Positions 12,320 through 25,332 of a stretch of 52,626 nucleotides of DNA are shown in pieces; within the stretch, counting starts at the first letter, position 1, and every line of letters begins with the position of its first letter. Both the position numbers and the translations under genes were made by a program. This DNA is from Chiloscyllium plagiosum. Its lineage: Eukaryota. Where the stretch lies: NCBI RefSeq assembly GCF_004010195.1, contig NW_025215376.1:124001-176626 (forward strand). The letters run 5' to 3'. The notes beneath the pieces are model-generated. The model was not told the DNA's origin. It worked only from the letters and a program-made list of their open reading frames with translations, and did not search any database.

Positions 12320-12943
12320 TGGTTTATTATGCGTTCTGTATGAAGATGCAGAGGGCAAGTTGTATTCCAGGAGCAGTTATTGCTGCATTAACTTCATCTT
12401 TTGTTTTGAGATGCACGATGAGCATTTGGTTATCAGGTTCTGTGGCCCTTTCACATTTTCATTGATAACATTTTTGCATTATGTTACGAAACTATACCCT
12501 TTGGTTGAAACCTCATCGAGTGCAAATGAATTAAAAGTGAGACCTAATTAATCACAAACAATTTAAAGTCGTTCAATGCGTTCACTCTGAAATATACCAT
12601 GGCAGAAAAATAATCTTCAGAGCTGACAGCAGTGTAACAGCAGCAGTCTGAATAATGTAGAAGGAAGAATTAATGCAACTGGACGTTTTGTTTTTCTTTT
12701 GTGGTCTCACTTTCCCTTTGGCGTGAATGATGTCTGTTGTGTATTATTTAAATTGGTCATTGATCAATCTCTACTGCAAATGAAAATATCGAGTAATTCA
12801 ATACAGATTGCCCAGGAGTTTGGGTTCATGACGCTTTACTTCACTTCTTGCACAAATTTAGCAATTGAGGAGCAAAGTAGCAAATTCGTGAAATGAGACT
12901 TCATGTGAATTAAAACGTGGCAGCAGAATAGAAAGTGGAAAAT
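12320..12943. repeat. Segmental duplicate of 8678-9630; homology to ~39990-40830 extends left to ~12218
   Basis: Colinear sequence matches; lacks the SINE found in the 8678 copy. Confidence 0.9.
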
Positions 12944-12989
12944 TTAAGCCGTTTGACTCGCCTTTGTTCTCAACTGTACCAGTGTCAGA

Positions 12990-13442
12990 TTGAAATATTT
13001 CCTGACAATATCCCTGGGTCCTCCCCTCCCCCACCCCCACCTTACTAGTTTAAATCCTCCCGAGCAGCTCGAACAAATCTCCCTGCCAGTATATTAGTCG
13101 CCTTCCAATTTAGGTGCAATCCGTCCTTCTTGTACAGGTCACTTCTACCCCAAAACAGCTTCCAATTATCCAAAAATGTGAATCTTTCTTCCATACACCA
13201 GCTCCTTAGACTTGAATTCACCTGCTCTATCCTCCTATTCCTACCCTCACTAGCTCGTAGCACAGGGAATAATCCAGATATTACTACTCTCCAAGATCTC
13301 CTTTTAAAATACCCGCCTAACTCTCTGTAATCTCCCTTCAGAATCTCAACCTTTTCCCTTCCTATGCCATTGGTTCCAATGTGTACAGTGATCTCCTGTT
13401 GGCCCCCTCCCCCTTCCGAACATTCTGCATCCTCTCTGAGAC
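12990..13442 (-). mobile_element. CR1 ORF1 (SGNH esterase-like) fragment
   Basis: ORF 13045-13263: RASEGRNRRIEQVNSSLRSWC..FLDNW..LYKKDGLHLN. Confidence 0.85.
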
Positions 13443-14378
13443 ATTCAATTCATTGGGGGGAAAAAATTGTAAATGTGGGTAAATAACTAAAACTCTATTT
13501 ATAAATGCAGGACTTTTGTCTTAACAGGAGAAATTACCGATAGAGACAATCAATTTAATTCCAGTTAACAATTGGCTAATTAATCAATTTGCTTTGCTAT
13601 AATTGCAGACAGTCCAACTGATGCTGCAGAGATGGGATTTTGGCATTTTCAAAGTTGTGTTGACTGGAGTAATGACTGAGGAAACCTCCACCACCAGATG
13701 CCAGAGGAACACCAAAAGAAAATGGTAGACCACGTGAAACTTTCTTTTAGAATGGATATGTTTTTGAAAAATGTGTTGTCATTAATTGAAACTCAGTAAA
13801 CAGATCTATGGTTTAAGTGTAAAACAACTGAATAATGCCAGTTCACATTGGGATCTGAGGTGAAAGGAGCTTAGAAGTCTCGGTATCTTAAATATTGTGT
13901 CTTGACTAGGAAATGAAGATATCGTCACACATCTGCAGGTGAAGGATAGAAGACTGTTCTTCAGATATTTTTTATAACAAATAATGAAATTTTATGGATA
14001 TCACATTAACTTCCAATAGCAGGAGCCGTCAGAATGCGCAAGGATTGCTAAGCGGATATTTAACCAACCTGACATAGAGCACGTCTGAAAATCATGTTTG
14101 CTAGTGCAAATACATTGAAACGTAATAATTTTTTGCTCAGATGCAGGACAACGGGAGAATCTGTTTGAGTTACTTTAGAAATTGAAGAAAATGTGTAGAG
14201 AGGCATTAGAATATGACGTATTAACCGGATATAATGTAAACATTGGTGATTTGTACATAGTGCAACATCTGTATTGATAGCTCCCAGAACAATAGAAGCT
14301 CACGTGGAAGCAGAAATTCTGGAGAATCATTGGATTGAACTTTGGAAAAGCTGTGAGAGTTCACTAGTGGTTTTTTTT

Positions 14379-14679
14379 ATTAGATTACTTACAGTGTGGA
14401 AACAGGCCCTTCGGCCCAACAAGCCCACACCGACCCTCTGAAGAGCAACCCACCCAGACCCATTCCCCTACATTTACCCCTTCACCTAACACTACGGGCA
14501 ATTTTAGCATGGCCAATTCACATTTTTGGACTGTGGGAGGAAACCGGAGCACCCAGAGGAAACCCACGCAGACACAGGGAGAATGTGCAAACTCCACACA
14601 GACAGTTGCCTGAGGCAGGAATTGAATTCGGGCCTCAGGTGCTGTGAGGCAACAGTGCTGATCACTATGCCTCCGTGTT
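14379..14679 (-). mobile_element. HE1-type SINE
   Basis: Same core and tail as the other copies, reverse orientation. Confidence 0.9.
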
Positions 14680-14961
14680 ATTTTTTTTTATATAGATATT
14701 TTTATTAGAAATTTAACATTTTTACAAGTTTACAAAAATAAACAAAACTCTCAGATATAAACATTGATATACAATTAGCTCAAATATACAATAGCCAAAA
14801 TTTAACAAAAAAAAACAAAAAAAAACGAAAAAAAGAAAAAAAAAAAACAAAACTCAACTATCTACTAATTTAACCTACAACTAACCAGAGTGTATATTTA
14901 AGTCTCTTACATGCTCGGGATGTGTTAGCATCAGATATAATAAAACCCACATTCGTGCGGG
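14680..14961 (-). mobile_element. Polyadenylated retroposed 3' fragment (L1/Tx1-type mobilisation) with 11-bp TSD, inserted at the SINE 5' end
   Basis: gcctccgtgtt at 14669-14679 and 14962-14972; poly-T at 14681-14689; tttatt (AATAAA on minus) at 14701-14706. Confidence 0.75.
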
Positions 14962-16701
14962 GCCTCCGTGTTGTTAATTCCTAAACCATATGCATTGACT
15001 ATATTCTGCATGTGAAAGTAAAAGCAACAACAAAGATAAGTTGACAACGATTTCCTCATTTAAAATAATGTATTGTTACATATTACCATGCTTCGTTTCC
15101 TTCTACGATTGATCTGTTGAAGATAAATGGTAAGTAATATGAAGTAATAAGCTGAGGATGCATTAGCACCTGTTACACTCAAAGGTTATGTTAAGTAGAC
15201 TCATTCAAATAAGGTTTAACAATGCCCTAGCAACATACTGAAGACTTAAGCTCTAGTGCACAATTATGCAGGTGTAATATGCTGCAATACCTGAGAAAAA
15301 TATGTATACCATCATAGTAACTGGTTAAACATTCTCAAGTCACTGACATCGTTGTATACTTCACTGAGTGAATTCACAAAAGCGATTGTAGGATATATTA
15401 TCGAGCAAGGACGAATTTTGTGAAGTGTAGCTAAAATCAAATTTCTGTTAACGTTTCCAAATCCCACATTTCAATGCGATATCATGGGAATTTTGGAAAC
15501 ATATACATGAATTGACTGTTTTCAGATATACATAACTTGCAAACAATTGGTGTTCCTCGAACAAACGTGCGTTTAAGCTAGACAAAGTTGGCATGGCGAC
15601 CACAGTGTTAAAGCAACATCCGCGAAGCTAAGGCAGTCCTACGAAATGAAAAAAAAAGTAGGTCCCTTGCCCCACAGAGTTTATGGAAACTTTTAAAAGG
15701 GAATTCATTCTATTAATTTGTGTTTATGTGACATCTAATCACAAATGTTGAATAAAGAACAGAAAAGGCACTTTCGGTCAGAAATAAAATTAAGATCAGA
15801 AGTGAATATTATTCGCTCTGTAACGTTGTGGCCTTGATGCCAATGGCAGTCACCTCTGAAATATAGCTCCATTTTGTTCTAAAATTAAAACACAGTAAGG
15901 TTTTGTGTTGTCCATGATTCTGTCATTTCATTAGCAATGTGTATCATGTCAATGAAGAGCATATTACTAGCTGAAAATAAATTGAAAATCAATACAGAGT
16001 ATATTCTTTACAATTTCTGGAATGTGTTAAAAAAATAAGTAATTGGTGAAAAAATAAATAAAATCAGTCACTTACAAGTAGATGTGGGTGATATTTCTGT
16101 CCACAGAGTGCCCTTGAACACAGATCACAAAAGGACATCACGCAGGTACAGGAAACATGGAGCTAAAAAAAAAACCATTGTCATGATTGAAAAGGGTTTG
16201 GAATTTAAGCAACAAGACGACTTGCCGCCATTATAACTTTGCTGAGTCCACTTGGAATAATCCGTGCTGGCATGCAATTCAATGGGAACATGAACTTGTT
16301 GCTATTAGTTAATACGAATGCATTACTTTTGGAATGAGGATATTATATATTGTGGAGAGGTTGACTTTTAGCTGTGGGCCAAAGGGATTCCAACGAATTA
16401 GATTGGATTGCCTGAAGTATAAAAGCATCTGATCAAAGCTGATAAGGTTAGCAGGTACCTCCCCAGATCCATAATGTAGAATTACATTTTGTTTTTGTGC
16501 AAAAGAAGAACTCACAGTCAGCCATGTCTAATGTTAAAATTTCTTTATTAAGGACAAGTAAGTGAAAGATTCAAATTCTTCGTTCTTTCATTTTTAGGGT
16601 CTTCCACACTCTCTTTATCTCTCTCTCTCCCTCTCCATCCAATCCCCCCACCACATCTCTAAAATGAATAACAAGAACCACAACTTCATAAAATGTGGTA
16701 A

Positions 16702-19584
16702 TCAACGGTAGAAATTTGCAACAATTCCAATCACTGGATATTTCACTATTTCCAATACCTGCTGTCTAAATTTAGTCTGGTGTACTGCATAAATAAATGT
16801 ATTGGTGCAGCAGCTCAAAATCATAAGCATGTATCCACTTTCTTGAAGGATATATATGGGATCATTGTAACCTGCATAAGTATAAGCATTAGCAATTCTG
16901 AAATACATGTAATGGATTGCAAATGTCAACCATAATAACAGAAAATTACCAGATATACTGAACAGTAAAATCACAGACTTTCTTCTGTTCCTCATCTCAG
17001 GATCTGGACTTTTTTCAGTCCTGGTGCTAACACGAAGTGCTTTACGGGTTTTGCTTACCACGATTATATATCTCACAGTGAGGCCATTGAGCACCAGAAC
17101 AACAAGAAATGGTAGAAATGAAGTTGCAATATGTCCAAAATATGAAAATGCGAGCCACAGGGGTGAAATATAATAGATTGATCTTATCTGGCAATACCAA
17201 GGCAAGTTGTTAATTATGTACATTGGTTCATACACAAAGTACCAGGGAATATCCTTCAAGCAACTGAGTGTGAACACCATCCCTACTACAATTGCTGCAG
17301 TTTTCTGTGTGCAATATTTGGTCTTCAGATTGTGACTACAGATGGCTATGAAACGATCAAACGTGAATGCAACAGTAAACCATACAGAGGAGTCTCTCGT
17401 TATGTAAACAAGGGCACTTTTGGTTCGACATACCGGAGTCAAAAATAGATAATTTCTGGGAAAGTAAATGCCCATGATCTGATTAAGTATAATACTAGTG
17501 ATGACAACAAATAGATCTGCTAAAGCCACAGCCACCAAGTATTACGTGATGCATTTTGAAAGACCACACCTTCCCTGGACCAGGATTGCAATCGCTACTA
17601 TATTAACTGTTGGAAAATGGAAACAGGTGAGGGACTTGATTAGTTCGATGTTAAGAGCAGTGAACTTTTTTCAATAAATGTGCATTTTTTCAGCGTATGT
17701 ACCTTACAGATCCAAAGGGGTTGGATAGAGTAGGCATTCTCAGATACCAGGCAATGTAAAAACAATATGAGGCAAACAACCTTCTATGTCATGGAGGATA
17801 TATCCTCCTTCAAATGAGTGTACATGTATATTTGACTTGAAGATAAATCATGTGAGAACTGATTTAGATTCCAACTGATCTGATCAAAATGTCTGTTTTG
17901 AGAAACTTCATTAAATCTTGTAATCATGAATCACAGGAGGACAGTGGTCCAGAACGGGATCTTTCATCCAGTTGTGTCTGCACCAATTCGCAAATGCACA
18001 TACTGAATTGGAGCCAGAATCTTGCTTTTCATTTCTCTACCATACACTTCCACAACCTTTATATTTTAGTAATCATCTGTTGCCTTCCTGAATGTCTCAT
18101 TTGGAACTTCCAGGCTTTGCATTCGAACATACAATATTTTTGGCGTTGTTACTGGAAGTTGCCTTTCACTCATTCAAATCAGTAGTCACATTTTACTGGA
18201 AGAGCTACTGCTCAATGAAAGTGTTTCCAAAATGCATTAGTGCAACATGTAGTCATGAAAATTGTTACTTTTTTTCTGCAATGTTTAACAATACAAAAGT
18301 GGAGAGTTGTTATAATGTATTCAAAAGTCATAAGGATAAGCATCAGAATCGTATATGAAAACTGGTAGAATTGTGCCTAAACCATGAACTGTGTAAACTT
18401 AGACTTTTTGTGTGATTTTGTATTTTGCATGACAAATTAATTTGAATAATAAACTTCCATATAACTAGTACTCTAATTGCAAAGGGTATCTATAAGAGCA
18501 TTACATGCAATACCGAGGAAGAAGATTGAGATTAATGAACTATTAACATGAAAACTTCCAATAAAACAGGAAGTGTGAAGAACATCAAACAGCAGTGTCA
18601 ACGCTGGCAGTGCAAGTGACCATTGACAAGTCTAGGTAGCTGGATGTGCCAAATTAAATCAATTAAAATTTAACATATGGAAGGTTTGTCTCAATCGGCT
18701 CTCCAGCTGAATGACAACAGGTATTCTCTAAACTTAAGAACATCATAGAAATCACAGATTTTTCCAAGGTAGAATTGAAAGCAAAATTCTGCGGAAGCTG
18801 GAAATCTGAAACCAAGTGAGCAAATGTTGGAGAATTTCGAGCTTCTTATGAAAAAGAGTAATCATACACAATGAAATCCCATTTCTTTCTCTACAGATGC
18901 TCCCAGATCTGCTGAGGTTTTCCAGTTTTTCTGTGTTATTCCAACCTAAAATCTAGTTTCTTACTCTGAGTTTATAACTAATTTATTCGCCCTCAATGTG
19001 CAAAACTGATGATAAAACTTTATATATGTTGATTGTCCCCTTGATATCAATGAACACATTTGTAATTTGCAATACTCCTTATTAGGCAGTGTAACAGAGC
19101 ATTATTAGTAAATTTACACGTTAATGTAAAATATTTTCAATACATGATATTTTTTAACTCACTGTATTTCGACATGAAACATGACGTGCAAGACTTGGAA
19201 GTTGAATGCAAGCTACATCAAATTCAAATGTATAATGGAACACTGTTGAGCCGAATCATAATTTATGCCTGATTGAAACGTATTTCATCGAGGACGAATT
19301 GATAAAAAAAAGTTATTCACTAAGGCATGGAAGTAATATTTCAACAAAACATTTTAAATAAATAATACAAATGATCCTTGCTTCGCCACTGAGTAGTCAC
19401 TGCAGATTATGTGAAGATTTTTAAAGCATATTAACACAGGAGAATTACATAGCAGACGAGCAGCAACGAGATACTCACACATCGCTTTACACAACTCTTA
19501 AGATTACACATTACCTGGGACACCAACAGCAGCAAGAATTGAATAATAAATTGCATACGCCAGACCAGATAGTGGTTCATGCAT
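16702..19584 (-). pseudogene. GPR139-like class A GPCR gene A, join(19584-19515, 17606-16702); full-length frame with one in-frame TAA at codon 45
   Basis: Exon 1 MHEPLSGLAYAIYYSILAAVGVP+G|GTAATG; acceptor ttttccaacag|TT AAT; exon 2 has LAD (TM2), C3.25, DRF, ECL2 PWYC and CCTNTFIY (TM7). ACG-TAA-TAC at 17544-17542 where paralogs have Tyr. Confidence 0.88.
18777..18940. mobile_element. Old Penelope-derived inverted-repeat element in the intron of gene A; paralogous copy at ~30598-30770
   Basis: tgcggaagctggaaatctgaaa..cagatgctcccagatctgctgaggttttccag, a diverged version of the younger fold-back elements. Confidence 0.55.
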
Positions 19585-19640
19585 GTTCAGTCAGATGTGT
19601 TAATCTACCAGGAACTACAAAATGATAGCGTGGTGAAACA

Positions 19641-19648
19641 TTTATATA
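19641..19648 (-). promoter_or_regulatory. TATA box of gene A
   Basis: TATATAAA on minus strand, nearest base 57 nt from the ATG; same offset in three paralogs. Confidence 0.75.
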
Positions 19649-20058
19649 TAATAGAAAAAAAAACCCAGGGGTACCATTTGATAACACATTTTATGATATC
19701 AGTACAAGTCATTCTTCACAATTGTCGATCAAATTGTTGTCCTCCTATTCTTGTGATGGAGTTACACTGCTGCTGTCAACGACAGAAAAAGAAACAGAAT
19801 AAAAATAAATCTTTCTGTTAGCAGTTATCCAACTGACTGAATTCACATTATAAGGTAAGCCAATTTTTACAAAAATGTATATTTCAAACTTGTGTTTCCA
19901 ACACCTCTCGAATATTTCAAACATGCCATTGTACGAACTTCAGTCCTTTTCGATGCCCACTCTGTGTTGATGTGGAAATGCCGGAGTTGGACTGGGGTAT
20001 ACAAAGTTGAAAATCACATGACACCAAGTTATAGTCCAACAGCTTTAATTGGAAGCAC

Positions 20059-20087
20059 TAGCTTTCGAAGCGCTGCTCCTTCATCAG
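20059..20087 (-). ncRNA. Minimal hammerhead ribozyme-like core
   Basis: Minus strand CTGATGA-A-GGAGC-AGC-GCTTC-GAAAGCTA; a decayed copy (CTGACAA..GAAAGTTA) lies at ~21263-21291 on +. Confidence 0.7.
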
Positions 20088-20898
20088 GTAGTTGTGGAGT
20101 ACACAATTGTAAGACACATAATTTATTGAAAAAGTTTGCAGTTTGATGTAACTGAAATTATACATTAAAAAGGACACAGATTATTTGTTAAGTCTCTCAT
20201 CTTTTAGAATGAACATGTTCGTTTCAGTTCTTTCTTATGCAAATCACAGAACTTTTTAAAAGTTACATTCTCAAGTGAATTTTAACATTTGGTGTCATGT
20301 CCGCCCAGGTAATGCATTGAAGGTGTTGAGGAGCCCTGTGTGAGACTGTCTGTGCCCCAATGTTCTAACCTAAATAACCGGATTTACAGAATCTTGCATA
20401 TGTGAGCGTATGAGAGAGAGCTTGTATATGCGAGAGAGTCTGCGTGAGTGTATGAGTTTGCAGGAGTGTGTTTGTGTCTGTAGGAGTGTGTGTATGTCTG
20501 TCTGTGAGTGTACGTCTGTCTGTGTGTGTGTGCATCTGTCTGAGTGTGAGTGCGTGCCTGTGTCTGTGCGATGGTCTGTGTTTAGTGCAGTGGGGTCACC
20601 TACTCCCACATTCACACACATACACACTTTCTCACCCGTTTACACACACACATACACACTTTCACAGACACTCATAGCCCTTGTACACACACACCCATAT
20701 GCACACACATTTGTCGGGTGAATTTGTACTTGCAGAATTACATTACGTTTTTGCTTAAAAACTGTATGAATCTATGTAAGGTTCTGTAAATCCATTTTTT
20801 AGATTAGAACCAGTCTGAACATTGTGGAACAGACAGTCTCACACAGGGCACCTCACACCTTCAATGTATTATCTGGGTCAACATGACGCCAATTGTTA

Positions 20899-21060
20899 TC
20901 TCTCCATCCCCGAGGCTCTCAGCCTCATTCCTGTTGAAGGGCTTTTGCCTGAAATGTCGATTTTCCTGCTTCTTGGATCCTGCCTGACCTGCAGTGCTTT
21001 TCCAGCACCACTCTAACCTTGAATCTAATCTCCAGCATCTGCAGTCCTCACTTTCAACTT
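20899..21060 (+). mobile_element. Short Penelope-derived element nested in the right arm, 7-bp TSD, decayed hammerhead core
   Basis: attgtta at 20892-20898 and 21061-21067; ctgttgaagggcttttgcctgaaatgtc at 20931-20958. Confidence 0.8.
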
Positions 21061-23619
21061 ATTGTTAAAGTTCACTTGAGAATGTAACTTTAAGAAAGTT
21101 CTGTGATTTACATATGAAAGAACTGAAACCAACAAGTTCATTCTAAAAGATGAGAGACTTAACAAACAATCCGGGTCTTTTTCAATATATAATTTCAGTT
21201 ACATCACACTGTAACCTTTTGCTATAAATTCTGTGTCTTATGATCTTTCACCCCACAACTACCTGACAAAGGAGCAGTGCTCCGAAAGTTAGTGCTTCCA
21301 AATAAACCTGTTGGACTATAACCTGATGCTGTGTGATTTTTGACTCTGTATGGAACATTATTTTCCTCGAAATTATGCAATGGTCCTCGATTAGTTTGCA
21401 CAGTTGGCTGGATGACAAATTTACTCATCTTGATCAATAGCCCAAAGCATGAGTTCAATGCCATTAAGTTGAACATATTATGAATGTCCTATTCGCTCAG
21501 TCTTGACCATCACCTGAGGCTTGGTGATCCACTCATACCAACACTCGCCTACCTCTAGTGAGGGAGTTTGCTTTAACGCTGTCAGTTTAATAACATAATT
21601 TTGGGGATGATATTTCACTGGTTAAATTTCAAATGGTAACATGCAACCAGAAACACTTAGCAGCGTCTTATATGGTTAAATGACATGTTGAAATATAGTT
21701 TTGTATCATCATCCATAGAAACATTTACACAGGTTACTTTAAAACACTAGTCATTGCGAAAACGAGATGAAATGAAGAGCATAATCTTTTTTGAAACCAT
21801 CTTTCTACAAATCATGATTTCCAGGCTGGATTGCAAAAAAGAAAGATAAAGCAGAGAGAAAGGAATTTCTGAAAGTGTCTATGCCCACCTAGATTTAGCC
21901 TCTATTAGACTCAGGCATTACTTAAACAAATCTTTCGTTCTTGAACTATTTAGGTACCAATACTCAATATAAATCACACGTTCATTGCAACATTTACTTA
22001 TAAATTCATATACCTTAACTTCAACTCACTACATTTTAAATTCACTTCACCTCACTTTAAATTTATCTCTAATTTTATTTACACAAGTTGGAGTTGAAAC
22101 AAGTACAATCCCCAATTCGAGTGAAATGGCCAATGTTTGGACTCGATGCAGTGCTGTCTCGTGGTTCATCATCTTCTCTGATGATGACTTCAGGGTACCT
22201 GCGTCTCAAATAGTAGTCTCAAGAGCACGCTTTTGTAAAATCCTTTTCTCGGTTAACATTAATCCCAAAATATGTTTACCTGTCTGAAAACCTCTGTGGC
22301 ACTCAGCCAATGAATTGACCAAATCTGATCACGCTCCAAGCCAATGGAGTTTGTTATAAACACCTCCCAAATATTTACTCCAAGTCATAAACAGCCACAA
22401 TCCATGCGCCATGTAAGATAATATGGTGCAGTTATATCGTGCAGACCATTATGTCACCTGCCTTTTTCAATCAATACAGGAACCTGCAGGTTACAGGACA
22501 AATCACCACATGCCCTAGCTGCAGTGTTAACTGAGGTCAAGGTAAATAAAATCTTGATGAAAGTTCCCAGCATGCTTCACTGTAGCACCTAACCAGGTTC
22601 ATGCCATTTCTGCTTCTCACCACCTGACGATAGCTCCTCCTATTGATCTTGAAGTTCCAAGAGAAATGGCTGACAAACCATGACAGTGTTTGAATCCAGT
22701 CAAAATTCCTATTAGTGTTTAACTAATATTAGATGCCTACAACTTATTAAATTTTTGCATATAGAACTTCACTTTGACCTATAACTGTTGTATTATCACT
22801 CTTTGGTATTTAACAAATTGAATTTTCAAAAATATCAAAGTACACAATCTTTTTAAGGCTGCAACATGCGACAAGGGTGAGCCCGCACGTTCGTACAAAA
22901 GATTACAGCCACTGCTTTCAGGTGATCTCCTACAACTATCCCCACCTTAAGCATTGGAAGGAATATCCGAAATTAGACATTCAAAACCACCATGCTCCGT
23001 TGTGGTTTATTTGTTTCACACAGAACACTAAAATGTACACAAAATTAAACCGATAAGTTAGAATGACTCTGGGTCAGACTGAACTTGAATCATATTACAT
23101 TAGGACCTATTGTACCACCTGAAAAAAGAATCTCCTGCGAACATCTGTCTACAATTGATGCGTTAAATTCAAGGAATAAATGTCAATATTCAACATGTCC
23201 TGCAATTCGTAGAGTAAGCCAAAAATCTCTCATCTGCTCTTCCATATATTTATATTGAAACACCATTTCCAATGATTGTATTCTGGTCGTCAAAACGAGA
23301 ATAAGAAATTCAGTGAAGTCCATCTTCAGTAATCTTATAATAGAATCAAGCTATCATCTTGTTCTTTTTTTAAATCATCTATTATATATTTAAATTACTT
23401 AATTTCTAGACACATTCGATCAACAAGCTTCGACAAGAATGTTTATATATTAACATGAATTTGTCACATTTATGAAGAATGAGGATAATGATTGAACAAG
23501 CGTACGCAAACAGTATCATAATGACATTAGAAAATTTCTTGGATGTCCACCCACGTGTGGACATCCACATACCAAATAGCTTGGCCAGTGATTTGTTCGG
23601 CAATTGGTTCAACTCCATC

Positions 23620-23909
23620 ATTAGATTAGATTCCATACAGTGTGGGAACAGGCCCTTCGGCCCCACAAGTCTACACTGACCCTGCGAAGAGTAACCCACC
23701 CAGACCAATTTCCCTCTGACTAACACTATGGGCAATTTAGCATGGCCAATTCAACTGATCTGCACATATTTGGACTGTGGGAGGAAACTCACGCAGATAC
23801 GGGGAGAACGTGCAAACTCCACACAGAGAGTCTCCCAAGGCTAGAATTGAGCCTGGGTCCCTGGTGCTGTGCGGCAGTGGTGCGAACCACTGAGCCATCG
23901 TTCCGCCCC
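23620..23909 (-). mobile_element. HE1-type SINE
   Basis: ttagattagatt tail, conserved core, A-box TGGCTCAGTGG on minus. Confidence 0.9.
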
Positions 23910-25332
23910 TAGCATTCTTTATCATGCTTCTGTCTTCCAAAATCTGAACATCTGTCAACTCATCACCTGTTCTGACATCTACCTCTACGAACTTTATTAA
24001 TGAATTTTGATCATCTTCCATGTTCTGGACTCTTGTGGCCCATTTAATCAAATAAAAAAATCTTACTGACCATCAATGGAATTGTCTGAGTCACTATTTA
24101 TCGGAATATCTCACTGTAAATTCAGCGTCGTAGCGTAGGAGTGTGTTTTGCAAAGATATCCAAGGAAATAAATGCGATTACGTGAAAAAGAAGTCTTGTC
24201 CGGAAAATTGCCTGAACATTTCTCTTAGACATTTTAAATCCTTGTTCAACTGACCTTTAAAGACTAAAGGCATTTGCCACTGGTCCCAATCACCCATGGT
24301 GTTTCTGATAAAAAAACACTGCAACATCTATTGCAACGAATTCTATTGCAAAAAGGAGGTTTGAGTCCAGCATCTGCAGCACGAGAGCTGCAGCTTAAAA
24401 GCTTGGTTACATTCTGAAACAATCTGCATGTGCTATTCAGTCCACTGTCATGAAACACTCTTCTGCAAAAGATCTGGTAATGGACATGCTTCGGTAGCAA
24501 AACCACCAATGATCGCTCACTCGTCCCATTAAACATCAAACGGACTTACCAACTGAAGAGAGGGGCAATTGCTCAATGGATTCGACGTGTTTTCTTTCTC
24601 AATTTCACGCTTCTTTTGAGTTACCACAGAGTCGAAGTACACCATTGGAGTTTCTGGCAAGATGACCATGCAGTAGGGCTTCTGGGCCTGAGGCTTGCTC
24701 TCTTCATCTGTTGTTTTAAAATTGCATCTTCTCTTCTTTCTTCTTTGCTTCATCTTCCATTCTACTTAGGTCTTGTTGAAGAGCTCAGTCATGGCCATGT
24801 CATCGGAGGTCGCGAGTCAGCCGGGCAGGGATGTGAATGGGCTCTGCAGCGTGGACTTGAGTGGGATATGCGCGGGTCGTTGTGACAGTTGTCAGAGGCG
24901 AGTTTGCGTTCTTGGCGGTATCTCCATCGACAACGAGGCCCCAGCTCCAATTCAATGCTACTGCAGCAGAAGCCAGCTTGTGTGCCCGGCAGAGTCTGCA
25001 TCCAATGCAAATTCACCGAGTTGATGGCAACAAACTTCAACCCAGAAGAAAACCCGGCAGAATCAGCAGCAGCTATATCAGCGAGTTGGGCAGGAAGCAG
25101 ATTTATGACAAAAATGGAATTGAGTTTGGAACTTCGTGGTACCCGGTAGCATCGGTGACTTCTGCAATGGCGAGGTCCATCGAGGATGTTGTGATATTAC
25201 TGAAAAAGTATCTATCAGGAAAGCATTATTGGCATATAAAACTAATTTTATCAATATGCACATGAACGTATTGATGAAATTGCATAATTGATGCAAGATC
25301 GTTTTTTTTATTCGCGTTATATTTTGTTCATG

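Larger units (their letters stand above)
19974..21350. mobile_element. Penelope-derived element with long inverted arms (~20000-20400 and ~20773-21350) around a (TG)/(CA)-rich core
   Basis: Arms are reverse complements (ttatagtccaacag..ggaagcacta / tagtgcttcc..ctgttggactataa); hammerhead-like core in each arm. Confidence 0.8.

Noticed and set aside
8678..12943. Direct repeats flanking the Gypsy fragment read as its LTRs
   Set aside because: No TG..CA termini, PBS or PPT; the internal region is cut mid-gene at both junctions; a third copy is embedded in duplicated host sequence near 40 kb.
16702..17538. 278-aa single-exon GPCR as given in the ORF track
   Set aside because: It starts at a non-ATG codon after the premature stop and lacks TM1; the real structure has two exons.
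20370..20721. Cys/Val- or His/Thr-rich ORFs
   Set aside because: Translations of (TG)n/(CA)n low-complexity sequence.
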